A stretch of 64,000 nt of DNA, from contig CM119264.1 of assembly GCA_051294375.1 (NCBI GenBank), positions 6,399,624-6,463,623 of the forward strand, in the 5' to 3' direction. How positions within the stretch are numbered: the stretch's first letter is position 1; each line of letters opens with the position of its first letter. The stretch comes from Paraspadella gotoi. Lineage: Eukaryota; Animalia; Chaetognatha. Both the position numbers and the translations under genes were made by a program. Shown one piece after another: positions 37,860 through 52,012 of the stretch. The notes below the pieces were generated by a model. It did no database searches, was not told the DNA's origin, and was given only the letters and a program-made list of their open reading frames with translations.

Positions 37860-39154
37860 CGCCGTCAGTGAAGGAGAAGTTGCTTGGAGGAGGAATGATT
37901 TGTCATGACGGATAATTTGAAGTGATCCGCAAAAAAGATTTCGCCGAGTTTATTATTTTTTTGACAAAAAAAGAAGAAAATGGCTTCTAATGACAAAAGA
38001 ATGTGANNNNNNNNNNNNNNNNNNNNNNNNNNNNNNNNNNNNNNNNNNNNNNNNNNNNNNNNNNNNNNNNNNNNNNNNNNNNNNNNNNNNNNNNNNNNNN
38101 NNNNNNNNNNNNNNNNNNNNNNNNNNNNNNNNNNNNNNNNNNNNNNNNNNNNNNNNNNNNNNNNNNNNNNNNNNNNNNNNNNNNNNNNNNNNNNNNNNNN
38201 NNNNNNNNNNNNNNNNNNNNNNNNNNNNNNNNNNNNNNNNNNNNNNNNNNNNNNNNNNNNNNNNNNNNNNNNNNNNNNNNNNNNNNNNNNNNNNNNNNNN
38301 NNNNNNNNNNNNNNNNNNNNNNNNNNNNNNNNNNNNNNNNNNNNNNNNNNNNNNNNNNNNNNNNNNNNNNNNNNNNNNNNNNNNNNNNNNNNNNNNNNNN
38401 NNNNNNNNNNNNNNNNNNNNNNNNNNNNNNNNNNNNNNNNNNNNNNNNNNNNNNNNNNNNNNNNNNNNNNNNNNNNNNNNNNNNNNNNNNNNNNNNNNNN
38501 NNNNNNNNNNNNNNNNNNNNNNNNNNNNNNNNNNNNNNNNNNNNNNNNNNNNNNNNNNNNNNNNNNNNNNNNNNNNNNNNNNNNNNNNNNNNNNNNNNNN
38601 NNNNNNNNNNNNNNNNNNNNNNNNNNNNNNNNNNNNNNNNNGAGAGAGAGAGAGAGAGAGAATATATGGATAGATTAAGAGATAGGGAAAGCGAGATAGA
38701 ACGGTTTGACGGCAGATTCGGCTCTTAGAAAGCGGAAATCTTAATAAATTTTAATAGGATAGGCTAATCGTTATTTAAATTAAAATGACTTTTATAATGT
38801 TAGAACAGGGAACAAGCGATATCACTGATATCACTGTGTAGTGTATACTTATTAAAGGCAAATATAATTTTGAATGAATATTTTTTTTCATCACTTTAAA
38901 AAGATGTTTATAATACTAATAGTGTAACATACTAACCAAATGCGAACCTAACCCTTCACTTCTCCTTACTTTTCTCTTTATCACTCTCACTTATCTCACT
39001 CTCTCTAATTCTTCTCTCACTTACGCCGCCTTATTCATTCATCCCACTTATTCATTAACTTCTTTCATTTCATTTACAGCGCCTCTTTTATTTATTTTTT
39101 TCATTCACTACATCATTTTTCCAACTCATTCTCTTTCTCCACCCCGCGCCTTAC

Positions 39155-39277
39155 CTGATGTCGGGGCCGAATTTGATGGAAAGGACGGAACATTTGGTGA
39201 AGGGATAAGGCATGGTGTGATTCCAATACGGGTGATGCGTCACTTGGCAGGAGAGGCTCTTCCCGTTATCTTGCACT
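39155..39277 (-). CDS. IgSF gene exon (Ig strands F-G)
   Basis: cgcag|agtgc ... atcag|gtaagg; VQDNGKSLSCQVTHHPYWNHTMPYPFTKCSVLSIKFGPDI, a classic C2-set D-x-G-x-x-L-x-C-x-V-x-H motif; phase fits the preceding exon. Confidence 0.85.
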
Positions 39278-40232
39278 CTGCGGGGCGGGGTGAGGTGGGG
39301 ATGAGCAGGGGAGGTGGTGGGTGAAGAGAATACGAGTTACAAGGAGATCCAAGACCCGCATTGAACAGCAGAGAGGGAAGTTCAAAGCAGAAAACCAGAA
39401 AAACTCAAAGAATTCGAAAATCAGAAAACTTGAAAAAGCGATCAGAACTTTGTCTTGCTACTACAGGGGGCAAACACTTTTATTTTACCATAGGATGAAG
39501 GTACTCAAAAAAATTGTCATAACTTGTGATTGATACGTTAAGGAAATTTTTTTTTTAAATCGGCTACTGAGCTATCAAAATTCTTTTGCCCGTGGATCTC
39601 CTTGTATATGACCCGCGGCACACTTGGCTTAAAGCGAAGGAAGGTGTGAATTACGGTGTAGGAGAATCGATAAGAAAGAACGAGGAAGGTAAGGGGTAGA
39701 TGAGGGTTTGAAACGAGGGGTAAGTACGAAGAGAGTGAAAAGAGATTTGAGGCTATGGTCGGGAAAATGATTGGGGGAGGTAAGGCGAGGAGGTAAAAAG
39801 GGGTTAAGGAAGAGAGTTTTGAAGGGAGAGAGAGGTTGAGGGGGAAGAGGCAGAGAGAGAAAGCCTTATAGGGATGAGAGAGGGTTTATATTTGTTTGTG
39901 GCCTTTTTGCTTTTGGATTCTTTCGATTTTCCGATGTTTGAGAAGTTGGACGTTAATGGAAAATGATTAGGAGNNNNNNNNNNNNNNNNNNNNNNNNNNN
40001 NNNNNNNNNNNNNNNNNNNNNNNNNNNNNNNNNNNNNNNNNNNNNNNNNNNNNNNNNNNNNNNNNNNNNNNNNNNNNNNNNNNNNNNNNNNTAAAAATGA
40101 GAGCGAGACAAAAGAGACAGAGTGGGGAGGGAAAGAGAGACACGCGCTCACAGATTTCTTCTCCCGGGACGAAGAGACACAAAAATATTCAAAAAAGCGA
40201 AAGATGGCACTGACGTCACGAGAGAGGGCGAC

Positions 40233-40264
<32 letters not shown>

Positions 40265-41116
40265 CGNNNNNNNNNNNNNNNNNNNNNNNNNNNNNNNNNN
40301 NNNNNNNNNNNNNNNNNNNNNNNNNNNNNNNNNNNNNNNNNNNNNNNNNNNNNNNNNNNNNNNNNNNNNNNNNNNNNNNNNNNNNNNNNNNNNNNNNNNN
40401 NNNNNNNNNNNNNNNNNNNNNNNNNNNNNNNNNNNNNNNNNNNNNNNNNNNNNNNNNNNNNNNNNNNNNNNNNNNNNNNNNNNNNNNNNNNNNNNNNNNN
40501 NNNNNNNNNNNNNNNNNNNNNNNNNNNNNNNNNNNNNNNNNNNNNNNNNNNNNNNNNNNNNNNNNNNNNNNNNNNNNNNNNNNNNNNNNNNNNNNNNNNN
40601 NNNNNNNNNNNNNNNNNNNNNNNNNNNNNNNNNNNNGTGATGAGACATTAAAATGCCCAGAGTTTTGTAAATCGAGAAATACAATGATCAATAAGACAGA
40701 TCTCAGATATACTATCATATAGGTTGCTGAACTTGAATAATGAGAGTCGTGACAGCGAATGCCAAAAGATTGGGTGTTTAAAGATTTATGGGGAGAGCAA
40801 GAGCGAGAGAGTGACGGAGCGGAGACAGCAAAAGCCGAGAGTGACGGACTGAAGTTGCTCAGAGACCGAATGCCGAGAGGTCACCTACTGTCATTAATGG
40901 ACTCTTAAGAAAAAAAGAAAGTCGCGAAGGTCATAATCATGACGCAACCGTCTTAGAGATTCCGGGTCATCGTTGACTCTCGAGAGTCATAACACGTTTC
41001 AACTTTTTAATTCTTAGATGCAGGGCAAAAAGAAAGCGCCGGTGAGAAACACCGACAACAAAGACGACGATGACGACGACGATGACAGAGACGACAACGT
41101 TGACGAATAAAGAAAA

Positions 41117-41164
<48 letters not shown>

Positions 41165-41770
41165 AGACGAAGATTTCCCAAAAGCCTCTCGAATCATCTT
41201 CACCGAAATCGAATCATTACGATGCAGAACCGACGAGGGTCATGGAGGCGAGGGTGGGCGGGAGTGGAGACAGAGGAGGTGGGTAGACGGGGGTGGGCGG
41301 GGTGGTGGGGGTGGAGGCAGGGTTGTCGGGAAGGCGAAGGTGGTGAAAAAATGTGGAGGGGACGAGAGGCGAAGGAAATGGAATTAGGAGGCGAGACAAG
41401 CGGACGAGTGTTGGAGGAGGAGCGAACAAAAGACGGCGTTGCAGACGCAACAAATTGTTGTTGTTGTTGCGTCCACAGCGTAATATATTCACAGATTTCA
41501 AGAGATTTCAATAAGTTTTATGTTTTGTTATTAAACCTTTGGAAAGGACGCATTATGGAAGAGAAATAAAAATAAATACGTCGACGTCGACGACGATCGT
41601 AATGAAGAAGATGATTCGACGGAAAAGAGGAAACCTCGATCCCGACGTCAACTCTTTCGCTTAATGCAACACTTCGTCTTTCTTGGGCGAAACCCTCAAC
41701 CATCTGAAGAGAAGTCTCTCTCTCTTCTCTCTCTCTCTCTCTTCTCCTCTCTCTCCACCTCTCTCTTTCC

Positions 41771-41807
<37 letters not shown>

Positions 41808-42559
41808 CCTCCCTTCTCTCTCCTCTTCTCTCCCCTCCCCTCTCTCTCTATCTCCCCCGAATCTCTCTCTTCTCTTTCCTTCCTCTCTCTCTCTCTCTCT
41901 ATCCTTCTCTCTCTCTCTCCCTTCTCTCTCCTCCCCCCCCTCTCTCTCTCCCCCTCTCTCTCTCTTTCTCTTTCTCTCTCGACTTCTCTCTCTCTCTCTC
42001 TCTCTCTTCGCGGGCGATTTTTCTTTCCTCACTTCTCGACGTTTGACTTCCTTTTGTTTGTTTGGTTAGAGGGCATCGAAAGGTGTGGGGAGGTGAGTTA
42101 AGGTTGTTGAGGTAAGTTCAAGAGGAAGTGGGTGAAGGGGAGAGCGACGTCGTGAGTGCGAAAGGTTTTGAATGAAAAACCATTTATCACTTTGTTTGTC
42201 AGTTTGTCGTTCGGATTCGTGGTGAGAAAGAGAGGTGTTAGAGAAAGAATTGCGACTGTAGTAAAGTTGATAAACTCTACTCGACGAGATATTTGGAGTC
42301 GTGTTTGCCCCAGCCCGTTTGCCATTAAGTGGCGCTTTTTCATCGTGACCCATTAAATCTAAAATCAATTTTTCATAAAAAAGAAAAAAAAATTCTTAAA
42401 GCGCCACTTCTACCAGTAAAAGTAATTTTCTGATTAGTCATTTAACACCCCGCGTATTCTCACGGACTGTCACCCATTTCACTAGACCAGAACCTTAAAA
42501 CCCAACCGAACCTTCCCTCTCTACTCTCTAGATGTTCCCCCCCCGGATGTATCCCTCAC

Positions 42560-42749
42560 CTGGGCATAAAGGAGAAGACGCTTATGGTGCGGTTCCCTGA
42601 CGCCCAAGTCTGTGCGAGCATCGCCTCTTTGCCGAGGAACCACATCAGTTGCGGTCTGGACTCTGACGAAGACGAGCGTACCTGGAGGAAGATAGGAAAT
42701 ATACGACTCGAAGTTTGATGTGGAGACGGGAAACGACATCAGTTTCGAT
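42560..42749 (-). CDS. IgSF gene exon (Ig strands G, A-E), one apparent frameshift
   Basis: ctccag|atcga ... cccag|gtgagg; SKLMSFPVSTSNFESYISYLPPGTLV then, in a second frame, SSESRPQLMWFLGKEAMLAQTWASGNRTISVFSFMP; restoring 2 nt near 42672 could give TLVCSSESRP. Confidence 0.65.
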
Positions 42750-43624
42750 CTGGAGAGAAAAACCAGCATCAGTTTTGGCTTTGGTTTTTGCAGTCGCTAC
42801 TTCGGGAGAAGAGTGGGGTAATAACTACATCATTTAGTTTTGTGCCGAATTCGAAGATCAGTATCTCGACGGGAGGGAATAGAAGACGAGGTTAGAATCG
42901 GCCCCGAAAATCAGCGTTGAAAAAATATCCTAAATTCACAAGTTTTCAAATAATTCTTCAATTAATACTTTCATGATATTTCGTCAACTACTAGTATGTA
43001 GAATGAAGATTTTTCGCAGCGCCCCCCCGCCCATTTTTTATCCTTAGCTCAACCCGCTTTCCTCTCATTTATTCGTCTCGAACCAATATTCTACGTTCAT
43101 TCGAGCCGAATATTCTCTCGCTCTTTCCTCTCACCTTAACTCCTTCTGTCAACATTCATTTCATCGCAGACCGGACATTCGATCGCTTAGTTCACCGCCC
43201 CTTACCAGTACCCATCTCCCCCTTTTATCCCCCTCCTATCAATCCGACACGCCCCACTCAACCACGCTTCTTTCTTTCATCGAATCGTGACGTCACTTTG
43301 AGACGTCAACGTGAACCGGAAGCGACAGAGGGCGCGTCTCCACTGAAACGCGCAGAGAGATTCGCCATACGGAAGAGAAAAAAAATTATTGGTTAATTTC
43401 TTTTTTAAATCGATATTAACTTTCATATCGTGGCAGAAGATATTAACGTTAACCGCTTTTTATTTCATGAAAAAATTAGTTCATCTTTAGGTTCAGTTCA
43501 TTATTTTTCCATCTATTTATAGTTCTGTATTAATTTGACCTTCGTTCTACGCATGGTTTTTGCATCGGATATCGAATTTAGACGAGTTAAAATCTGAAAT
43601 ATCGGTTAAATTGTCCGGCATTAC

Positions 43625-43750
43625 CCGATATTACTCGCCACTCGGCAGCTTATCGAAAATGAAAGCCAGCGATTCAGGCGAAAGCGGACGCGTACGCATC
43701 TGGATCGAACCGATGAGACGGGGATGGTAAGGGGCGGGGGAGGGTGAGGC
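43625..43750 (-). CDS. IgSF gene exon (end of an Ig domain)
   Basis: accag|gcctc ... atcgg|gtaatg; PHPPPPLTIPVSSVRSRCVRVRFRLNRWLSFSISCRVASNI(G), ending in a C-x-V-x-S-x-x-G F-strand pattern; acceptor position uncertain. Confidence 0.55.
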
Positions 43751-44429
43751 CTGGTGGGCGGACGCTGGAAAGGGGTGGGGGAGATTTTGGCCACGGAAGG
43801 ATTAATCATTCGAGCCCCTTAATGGATCTGTGTCCGCCCCTCTTAAAGGAAGAGGGAGGGAAAATAGGAAAGGAGGGAGAAAGTGAGAGAAAGAAGTGGA
43901 AGATGGAATTCAGAGGAAAGAGAAAAGTAGGAGAGGTTGAGGAATTTGAGATGAAGAATTTAAATTAAAAACTTGTAATTTAGGGCGAAAGGAAACGGAG
44001 GAAAAGATTAATGGAAAGAGTGAGGGAGAATGAGAGAATGAAGGGAGGGAAGATTAGAAGGCAGACAAGGAGGAAAGGAAAGAGGGGAAGGAGGAAAAAG
44101 ATTTAGGGAGGAGAAAAAGGAGGAAAGGAGAAGTAAAGCAAAAAGAGGACACAGTTAGGAGAAAAAAAGGACAAAAAAATGAGTTGAAAAAGAGAAAGAG
44201 AAGATGAAAAAGCAAAAAGGGAGAAACAACAGAGGAAGAAAAGGAGAAAAAGCAAAAAGGGAGAAACAGAAGAGGAAGAAAAAGGAAAAAAAGGAGGAGG
44301 AAGGGAATGAGTGGGCGAGATGGATTAGGATCATTTTCGCCTCTAAGAAAAACTCCCGCCGCGAACCTCGATGCTTTCGATGGCTGATGCTCTTTTTGAT
44401 GATGAGGCTTTTTTGTTGTCGGCGAGGGA

Positions 44430-44519
<90 letters not shown>

Positions 44520-44659
44520 GATTATTTCGTTTTGGTTCTCTCTCGTTCACGCCCTCCCATCTTTGATTCTCTTTTGTTTTTTCGTTAGAAATTCTGGAAT
44601 TAATTACGCTGCCGATCACGTGATTCTAGTCACGTGAATGTGGGTTCGAGAGAAGAATT

Positions 44660-44694
<35 letters not shown>

Positions 44695-45295
44695 TGACGA
44701 TGACGACGACGATGACGACTTTCGTTGAACTGTGGAAGAAGAGATCTTTCAGCGAAGCCGCTTGAGCAAGACAAAGAATTCCAATCTGTCAGAGCGTCGC
44801 TATTTCTCGGTTTAATTTTAAGCCTGGGCGCCATTGAAATAAAAAGCTGAAAACTTTTTAAACAGATTAAAAAAAAATTTAGAGCAGTCATTTTTTTCCC
44901 TCTAAAATGCGGCATAGGGTTTGCGCCGCTTTGTTCTACAATCTACATTGTACAATGTACATTCATTCTAATGAGACTGAAGTGCCGTTTAAATTAAAAT
45001 GTATTGATACATTCTGAATTTAGCAATAAAAAGGTCTGCCTGTGGCACTAAAAGAACAAATAACGTTTAATTTTTTTATGTCGACATTTTTATCATTAAA
45101 TCATTATACATTAGCTATTAAAGATCACAAAACTGGTCTCTCCATTCCAACAACATCGTTCACGCTTCATTCAAGGAGCAACAACATCACTGTTACGAAA
45201 ACAGCAACAGCATAAACCACAACAACATGATGGACTTTATTTCGCTTCATTTCCTTCAAATTTTTTTCCTCTCGACTGCAATAATTCACCTCGAG

Positions 45296-45321
45296 GACGA
45301 CGGGCGACAACGACCGACGCC

Positions 45322-45359
<38 letters not shown>

Positions 45360-45362
45360 CGC

Positions 45363-45407
<45 letters not shown>

Positions 45408-45412
45408 CGACG
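45296..45412. repeat. (GAC)n microsatellite
   Basis: Directly visible; further (GAC)n tracts at ~41118-41165, 44660-44720, 48660-48732, 51211-51240. Confidence 0.95.
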
Positions 45413-48183
45413 ATATCAGAGTCCCACAAATCCTTCCCAAGGCCAAGAGGCGCCAAGGATGCAAACGTCAAATGGCGATTCGCATCAGATTCGAAAAAAA
45501 AAAAAATAGAAAAAAAGTTGGCAGGAAAAAAAATGGTTTTTTTGTTACTCTCTTTTTTTGTCTAAAAATTATTATTGTTAACATTACTAACATCAGCAAA
45601 CATTTATTTTTGATTTCTCAAGCGGCTTTTCTAGCAACACTAGCTTTTCGAATTGAGATAAATTTTAGTTTAAAAACATTTGTTGTTGTTTGACAATTGT
45701 TTGTCGAGCAATCAACTGTCAATCGACCGGCTAAGGCTCCCGCCAAGCCTCCAGCAAAGCATCCGGCCAAGCATCCGGCCAAGCATCCGGCTCGGTATCT
45801 GGCTAAAAGGCCAAATCGTGAGGGCGATTTCCTTTCAAGCCAAATTTGAATTATTGAAACTTCTCAACGAGGCAGCGTGTCAAAAGGGGGCATACGCCGA
45901 GAAGAAAGACGACGACGACGACGACGCGACGACGACGACAGCCATTACGACAACCCGCCTTCGCGAGGAGCGCGCGCAATCGTCGGTGTCGGGCGCGTAC
46001 TGTAATAGCACGGGTGTCGAGAGGGCGGGACAGCGGGACGAAGCAACGCAGTGTGATCTTTCCCTTTTATAATTCGTCAATTGTAACGGGACAATGAGTC
46101 CTTTTCAAAATTCCGACTCGTTTTGCCGTAGGCATCCTTACCCAGGCGACAACGACAACTATAACGAAAAGAACCAACCATCGCGCCCCCTCTATTTGCC
46201 AAAAATGACGAATCGCGGGCAGCCTTCGTCGGGTCTCACAGTCCGGGGTCCACGCGCGTGCGCTTCTGAGTGTACCAGCGACGCGCGCGCGGATAAATTT
46301 CGCATATAAACTGAGGGGAGAGCTTTCGCGAGGTCTCGTCGGATTTATAGCGCGATATGAGCATGGTGTCGGGTCGGTTTGCTTTATGGGTGAGAGGCAA
46401 GGCGCAATGACCTTCTCATTTTTTTTTGAAACGAAAGTCTTTAAGAAAAAAATTTGGGAAAGATGCGTCGCAATGCGTTGCAGCAGACTGATGCCGCTGC
46501 GTGACAACGCTTTGCATTTAAGACGCCGGAGATCGTGAAATTCAATCGTCCCCCTATGACTTTCGACTGTCGATTCCAAGCCCTAAAATAAGGAGATAAG
46601 ACAGAAAAAAAAGGAGTGAAGATCGACAGCCAGAAAATAAATATTGTCTGAAGAAAATGACTAGTCTCTTGGACAAAAAAGAATCGATTGAAAGTTTGCA
46701 ATGCCAATGAATTTGCTTTTCTCATTGCTGTTGCCTTCACATTTACCATTGCTCTGCCTTTTGCTCTCCCCTTTGCTCTCACTTTTTCTTTTGCCCTCGA
46801 ATCAGCCTTTTATTTTTTTTCTGCCTCTAACCTTTCCTTTCTTTCTCGCCAACTCTACCACTGCTGCCCTTTCCGACTGAAAAGGGAAAAAAATTGAGGC
46901 TAAGGCAGAAAAATCCACCGAGAAAAAAGCTCACAGCTTTTATTTACGTTTTTTTATTTTTTTTATTACAAATTCATGGATCTTTTTGACGGTTGTGATT
47001 CACAAAGCGACTTTTCTGTTTGCATTGTGTATTTTCTGTATCGTCCGTTCTGATGGTTGTTTTTTTTTCAGAGTAGAATGATAAATATTAATACAAACTT
47101 TCTCTCTCTGCGCAAAAACGGAAGTGAAAAAATCATCTGATGTCATCGTCGACATTTTCGTCATCATTGTGGTCGTCGCCACTAAAATTTTTAAAGAGAT
47201 GCGTCACTTCCTTATGACGTCGTTCCATTCTTCCTTTTATCTCGTTTTCAATAATGAGATTCTCACTGCTGCTGCCGCTGCCGCCGGCGCCGCCTCCGCC
47301 GCTGCCACCGCCGCCACCGCCGCCTCCGCCGCTGCCACCGCCGCCGCCATAAACGGCACGGCCAACTATGAATGTGACGACAACGACACCTAGACAATTT
47401 TCCTGTCATAGCTCACGAAAAATATTCGACGGTGGCTGAAGTTAAAGACGCTTTGAGTCCTCGTCAGACTGAGTATTTGGAGATTGCAAGGGGACATGGT
47501 GACCGGATGACAGGTTCAATCTGTTATATGGAGACAAGGTGACATGCTGAGATGTTCAATCGGTTATACGGTAACATGGCCCCTTCCATTAAAAGTTTGT
47601 CAGGAATTAGACAAAGAGTGGATCCGGTGATGAAAGCAACGTCAGCTTGACTGCTGAAAACAATTTATAATTCACACAGGGATATAGCGCATAAAGAATT
47701 AATACCTAGTTGTTAATATTGCAAAAACTGTATTTAGTGTACCTGCACACAATACGTTATAACGTAATAACGTTATTACTGTATAAATGGGGTAATACAC
47801 CCAGAAATAAGAATCCTTGAACGATTCTTATTTCCAGTCATTATCGTTCTTTCTATGATTTCGCTGCCTCAAGGGAAAAAAAATCGCTTTTTAATCTTCG
47901 GCATGAATATAAAATCGAAAGAATACCACTTAATTTCATCTGTAGCTACAACAACAACGACAACAAAAACAACGCGGTGCCATCAGGAGAGGAAGCCAAA
48001 AGTAAACAAACCCACAACCAACGCGGAATAGGACATCGAATGCAACGACGACGACAACGACGACGATAGAGACGACAACGACGATAACTCGAATGTGAGA
48101 ATCGTCAAAGCGAAAAAAAAAATTATAACACGAAAACTGAATTCAATGGAAAAATTAAATAAAAACAAATGAATGTTAAGCGA

Positions 48184-48273
<90 letters not shown>

Positions 48274-49387
48274 CGCTGAACAATGTAACATTTCAGCCGG
48301 GGATCTCAACGGCCATAAATTTATTCTCTGCGATAAAAATAATTGATGCTCTAAGTGATTCTACACGGTGATCGTTGATCAGTGCCAAGAAAAAACATTT
48401 TCCAGATTCTTATTACCCGCAGAGAAAAAAAGAAAGTCGACAGCTGCGAATAAATAACTCTTAACGATTAAGCAAAGATTTATACTTACATTATAATCTC
48501 TCTGTATTTTTTTTGTTTTTATTCTACAGGGTGTTAAAAATATCGTCGTTGGAGAATTTAGTGGATTCTCCCTTTCAGAGATTGGGTCCATTTAAAGCGA
48601 CGCCCGAAAGAGCTCAAAGGGTTTTATGGGTCGGTCATGAAGTCAGGGGCGAAGGAAGGAGGACGATGACGACGACGACGACGACGAGGACGACGAGGAC
48701 GACGAGGACGACGACGACGACGACGAGGACGACTGTCGAGGGGGCGGTGATAAAAAGCGAAAATGACGATGAGGAAAATGATGAAGAAAAAGAAGACGAA
48801 GCATCAAATGATGATGATGATGATGATGATAATGAAATTGCAAATAACAATGAACGAAAGTAACCCAAAACCTAACACCAAAGGAAGCTTGTATCTTTTT
48901 TTTACTTCTGGCTTAGCAACAACAACGTAGCTGCGTTAACGGGCGACATAAGACCGTTGCCATGGCGATGCAGACGACGACGACGAAAGCGACGATGACG
49001 GAAAAGGTTGAGTCAAAGGCTAAAAGGATAAAAGACGGTTTTTGGCCGTGAAAATCGCATGAGTTTCACGTGAGACAGAAACGTGAGAAAAACGCGAGGG
49101 CGACCATCTGGGAAGGAAGAAGAAAAGCGTCAGCCTGAGGATGAAATTCACGTGAGAGTTCACTGGAAACTCGGTGGGGGGGTAAAAGGAGGAGAGAGGG
49201 TAATATAGTTATTTTAAAATGAAAGAATAAAGAAAAACTTTGTTTACTCCATTATCTCGGTAGGCTAAAATAAATCAATTATAATCATGAAACTTTACAT
49301 ATTTTTACATCTTTTTTACATATCGAATTTATTTAATTTCGAGAATAGTGGTGTTTACGAAATATGTTACAAGTCCAACCCATTCTT

Positions 49388-49413
49388 AATAATTAATAAT
49401 AAATAATAATAAT

Positions 49414-49505
<92 letters not shown>
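49388..49505. repeat. (AAT)n microsatellite
   Basis: Directly visible. Confidence 0.95.
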
Positions 49506-49507
<2 letters not shown>

Positions 49508-49635
49508 TTGCTTAAGTGTCAAAGATGTGATTCATATCCTTTCCTTTCACTTCAAGTCTATGTGAATAAAGGATGATCGTCCGAAGATGTGCTGAAAAAT
49601 GGTGAGTGGGTAGAAGAGAGAGAGAGAGAAGAGAG

Positions 49636-49699
<64 letters not shown>

Positions 49700-49833
49700 A
49701 GAGAAGAGAATGAAGAACCGAATTGGCTCGCTTGGCAATAAACTTCGAACGTGAGGAAGTCAAATTGGCCCTATGCAGCTTGGCTTCGTTCTCTCCTCTC
49801 TCTCTCTTCTCCTCTCTTCTCTCTTCTCTCTCT

Positions 49834-49878
<45 letters not shown>

Positions 49879-50474
49879 CTCATTTCGTGTCCTCTTTTTC
49901 TCGTTCTTCTTTTCAATTTTCTCTGGTCTCAGTACCTTTTTGATTTTTTTCACCAATTTTTCAAGATAAGACTTTTAGCGAAATTATTTTTGGGTTCTAG
50001 ATTTTTATTAATCGATATTTCCAGATGATACAAACTTGAGTCACATCCAAACTATCAAGTTTTCTCCCTCACGCGCACACACCTACATTTTCTCTCACAC
50101 CCTCTCATTCAAAATACAAACACAATCTCTCAATTTTTTTTTTATTTTTGAAGAAAAAAATGATGAATTGAAAAGGCGGGGAGCAAAGATTAATCTCTCT
50201 TTTTTTCTTTTTTTTTCTCTCTCTCTCTCTTTTCTCATTTTTCCTTCTTTCTCCACTTCCTTATTTTTCCCACAGTGACTTTCATCTTGTAGTTTTTACT
50301 TTCTACTTTCTTCTTTCACTTTCCGTTTTACCCTTTCCTCTTTTCCCCCCAATTTTTTTTCTTTATTTTTTGTCTCTCTTTTTTTTTCCTGGAAAGAAAA
50401 TTGGGGAATCAAACAGAACGGTTGGGTCCCGAACAAAACAACAGATCTTTTGGTGGATAACGAATGAAGAGACT

Positions 50475-50505
<31 letters not shown>

Positions 50506-51208
50506 TGGCAGAGGCGGCGAAGATTCGGGAGGTAGGCGGGTAAGTCGAAGGGGTTGAACTTGAAGCGTGGCTGCGAGATTGCGCAAAAGTTAGGCTTCGT
50601 GGGCGGAAATAAAAGAGTTCCGCTTTGATTTCTGTTGGTGGGTGGCTGGTAAGTATATACAATTTATTAACCGCGGGAAAGTTCAAATTTTGGTAGGGCG
50701 TGAAATGAGCTTTATGGGTAAGGAGGGAGGAAAAGAGTTGAAAGAACCAGGTCACATACGAAATTGTGCCTTTTGAGTTTTAAAAGTGAGTCGACTTAGT
50801 CAATGTTAAACGTGTGACAGAACGAACTGATAAGAGGCGCTATTTTCCCCGGCGTCTCGGGCACTCGCGTTATGAAAAGCGCCACCGTTCGACGCAGCGG
50901 CGTCGTATTCGTCGTTCTCGCCGCGACTGTCGATGTTGGGGGCGCAGGGGCAGAGGCAGCAGGGGCAGCGGCAGGGGCAGAGGCAGCGACAGCGGCCGAA
51001 AGCGTCGGCTGCATCAAAACAAAAGCGCCCCCCATTTGGAAAATGAATGACGAGCCAGAGAACGTAGAGGGCGCGAGAGTGTCAGAGCGAAACGAAAAAG
51101 CGACAACAAACGACAAAAGAACAAAAGAACAAAAAGAAAGTCAAAAATCAAAACAGCGAAAAGCGAGAGAGACGTCAATTCTCGAAATCTCTGCGCCGAA
51201 AGAATTAC

Positions 51209-51240
<32 letters not shown>

Positions 51241-51634
51241 TTCAACATCCGCAATTAAAATAATATTTATTTTTTTAATGAAGATAAATGTTAATCATTT
51301 ACTTTATCTCGGTCTGGCCATTCGTCGACAACGGTTAAATGGGTTAAATGTAACGACAATCCTTGCTGACAACAATCGTAATCGATAATAAAAAATGGAA
51401 TTATTTTCGGTCTTAAAATAAACCACACAATCTTTCAACGCCCTAATACCACTTTCGACGTCTACTACCTTCTTGCCACTCCCACCGACTCCTCGCCACG
51501 CCTACTTCATCGCGCCATCGAATTGGCGCCGGCGCCTTTTGTTTTCCTTCTTTTGTTTGGGTTCGACGCCGCGAGGCTTCGGTTCCACTAAATCATCATT
51601 CGAGCGCCATCTAAGTTTTTTTCCCTTTTTTTTT

Positions 51635-52012
51635 AAAGATGCGATTCCCCGAAGAGAGATGGCGGCTCATCGAAGAGGAGATGCGGTTCCATCGAAGAGA
51701 GAGCCGGTTTCCATTGAAAAAAGATGCGATTCCACAAAGAGAATGCGATTCCATCGGAAGAGAGATGCGGTTCCATCGAAGAGAGATGCGGCTCCATCGA
51801 AGAGAGAGCGGTTCCATGCGAAGAGAGATGCGGTTCCATTGAAGAAGATGCGATTCCACCGAAAGAGAATGCGATTCCATCGAAGAGAGATGCGGTTCCA
51901 TCGAAGAGAGATATTCTTCCATAAAAGGGAGAAGCGGTTCAAACCGAAGAGAGATGTGGTTCATCAAAGAGAGATCGGTTCCAACGGAGAAAAAAGCGGT
52001 CCCATCTAAGAG
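51635..52012. repeat. ~21-bp minisatellite (GAGAGATGCGGTTCCATCGAA), about 17-18 copies
   Basis: Clear periodic unit; explains the cluster of overlapping spurious ORFs here. Confidence 0.9.

Noticed and set aside
41661-42101. SL/RE-repeat ORFs here and at many other (GA)n and (GAC)n tracts
   Set aside because: Translations of microsatellites with no other coding evidence.
51473-52009. Cluster of overlapping ORFs and a regularly spaced repeat resembling a CRISPR array
   Set aside because: Units are contiguous 21-mers with no unique spacers and no cas genes; the context is eukaryotic.
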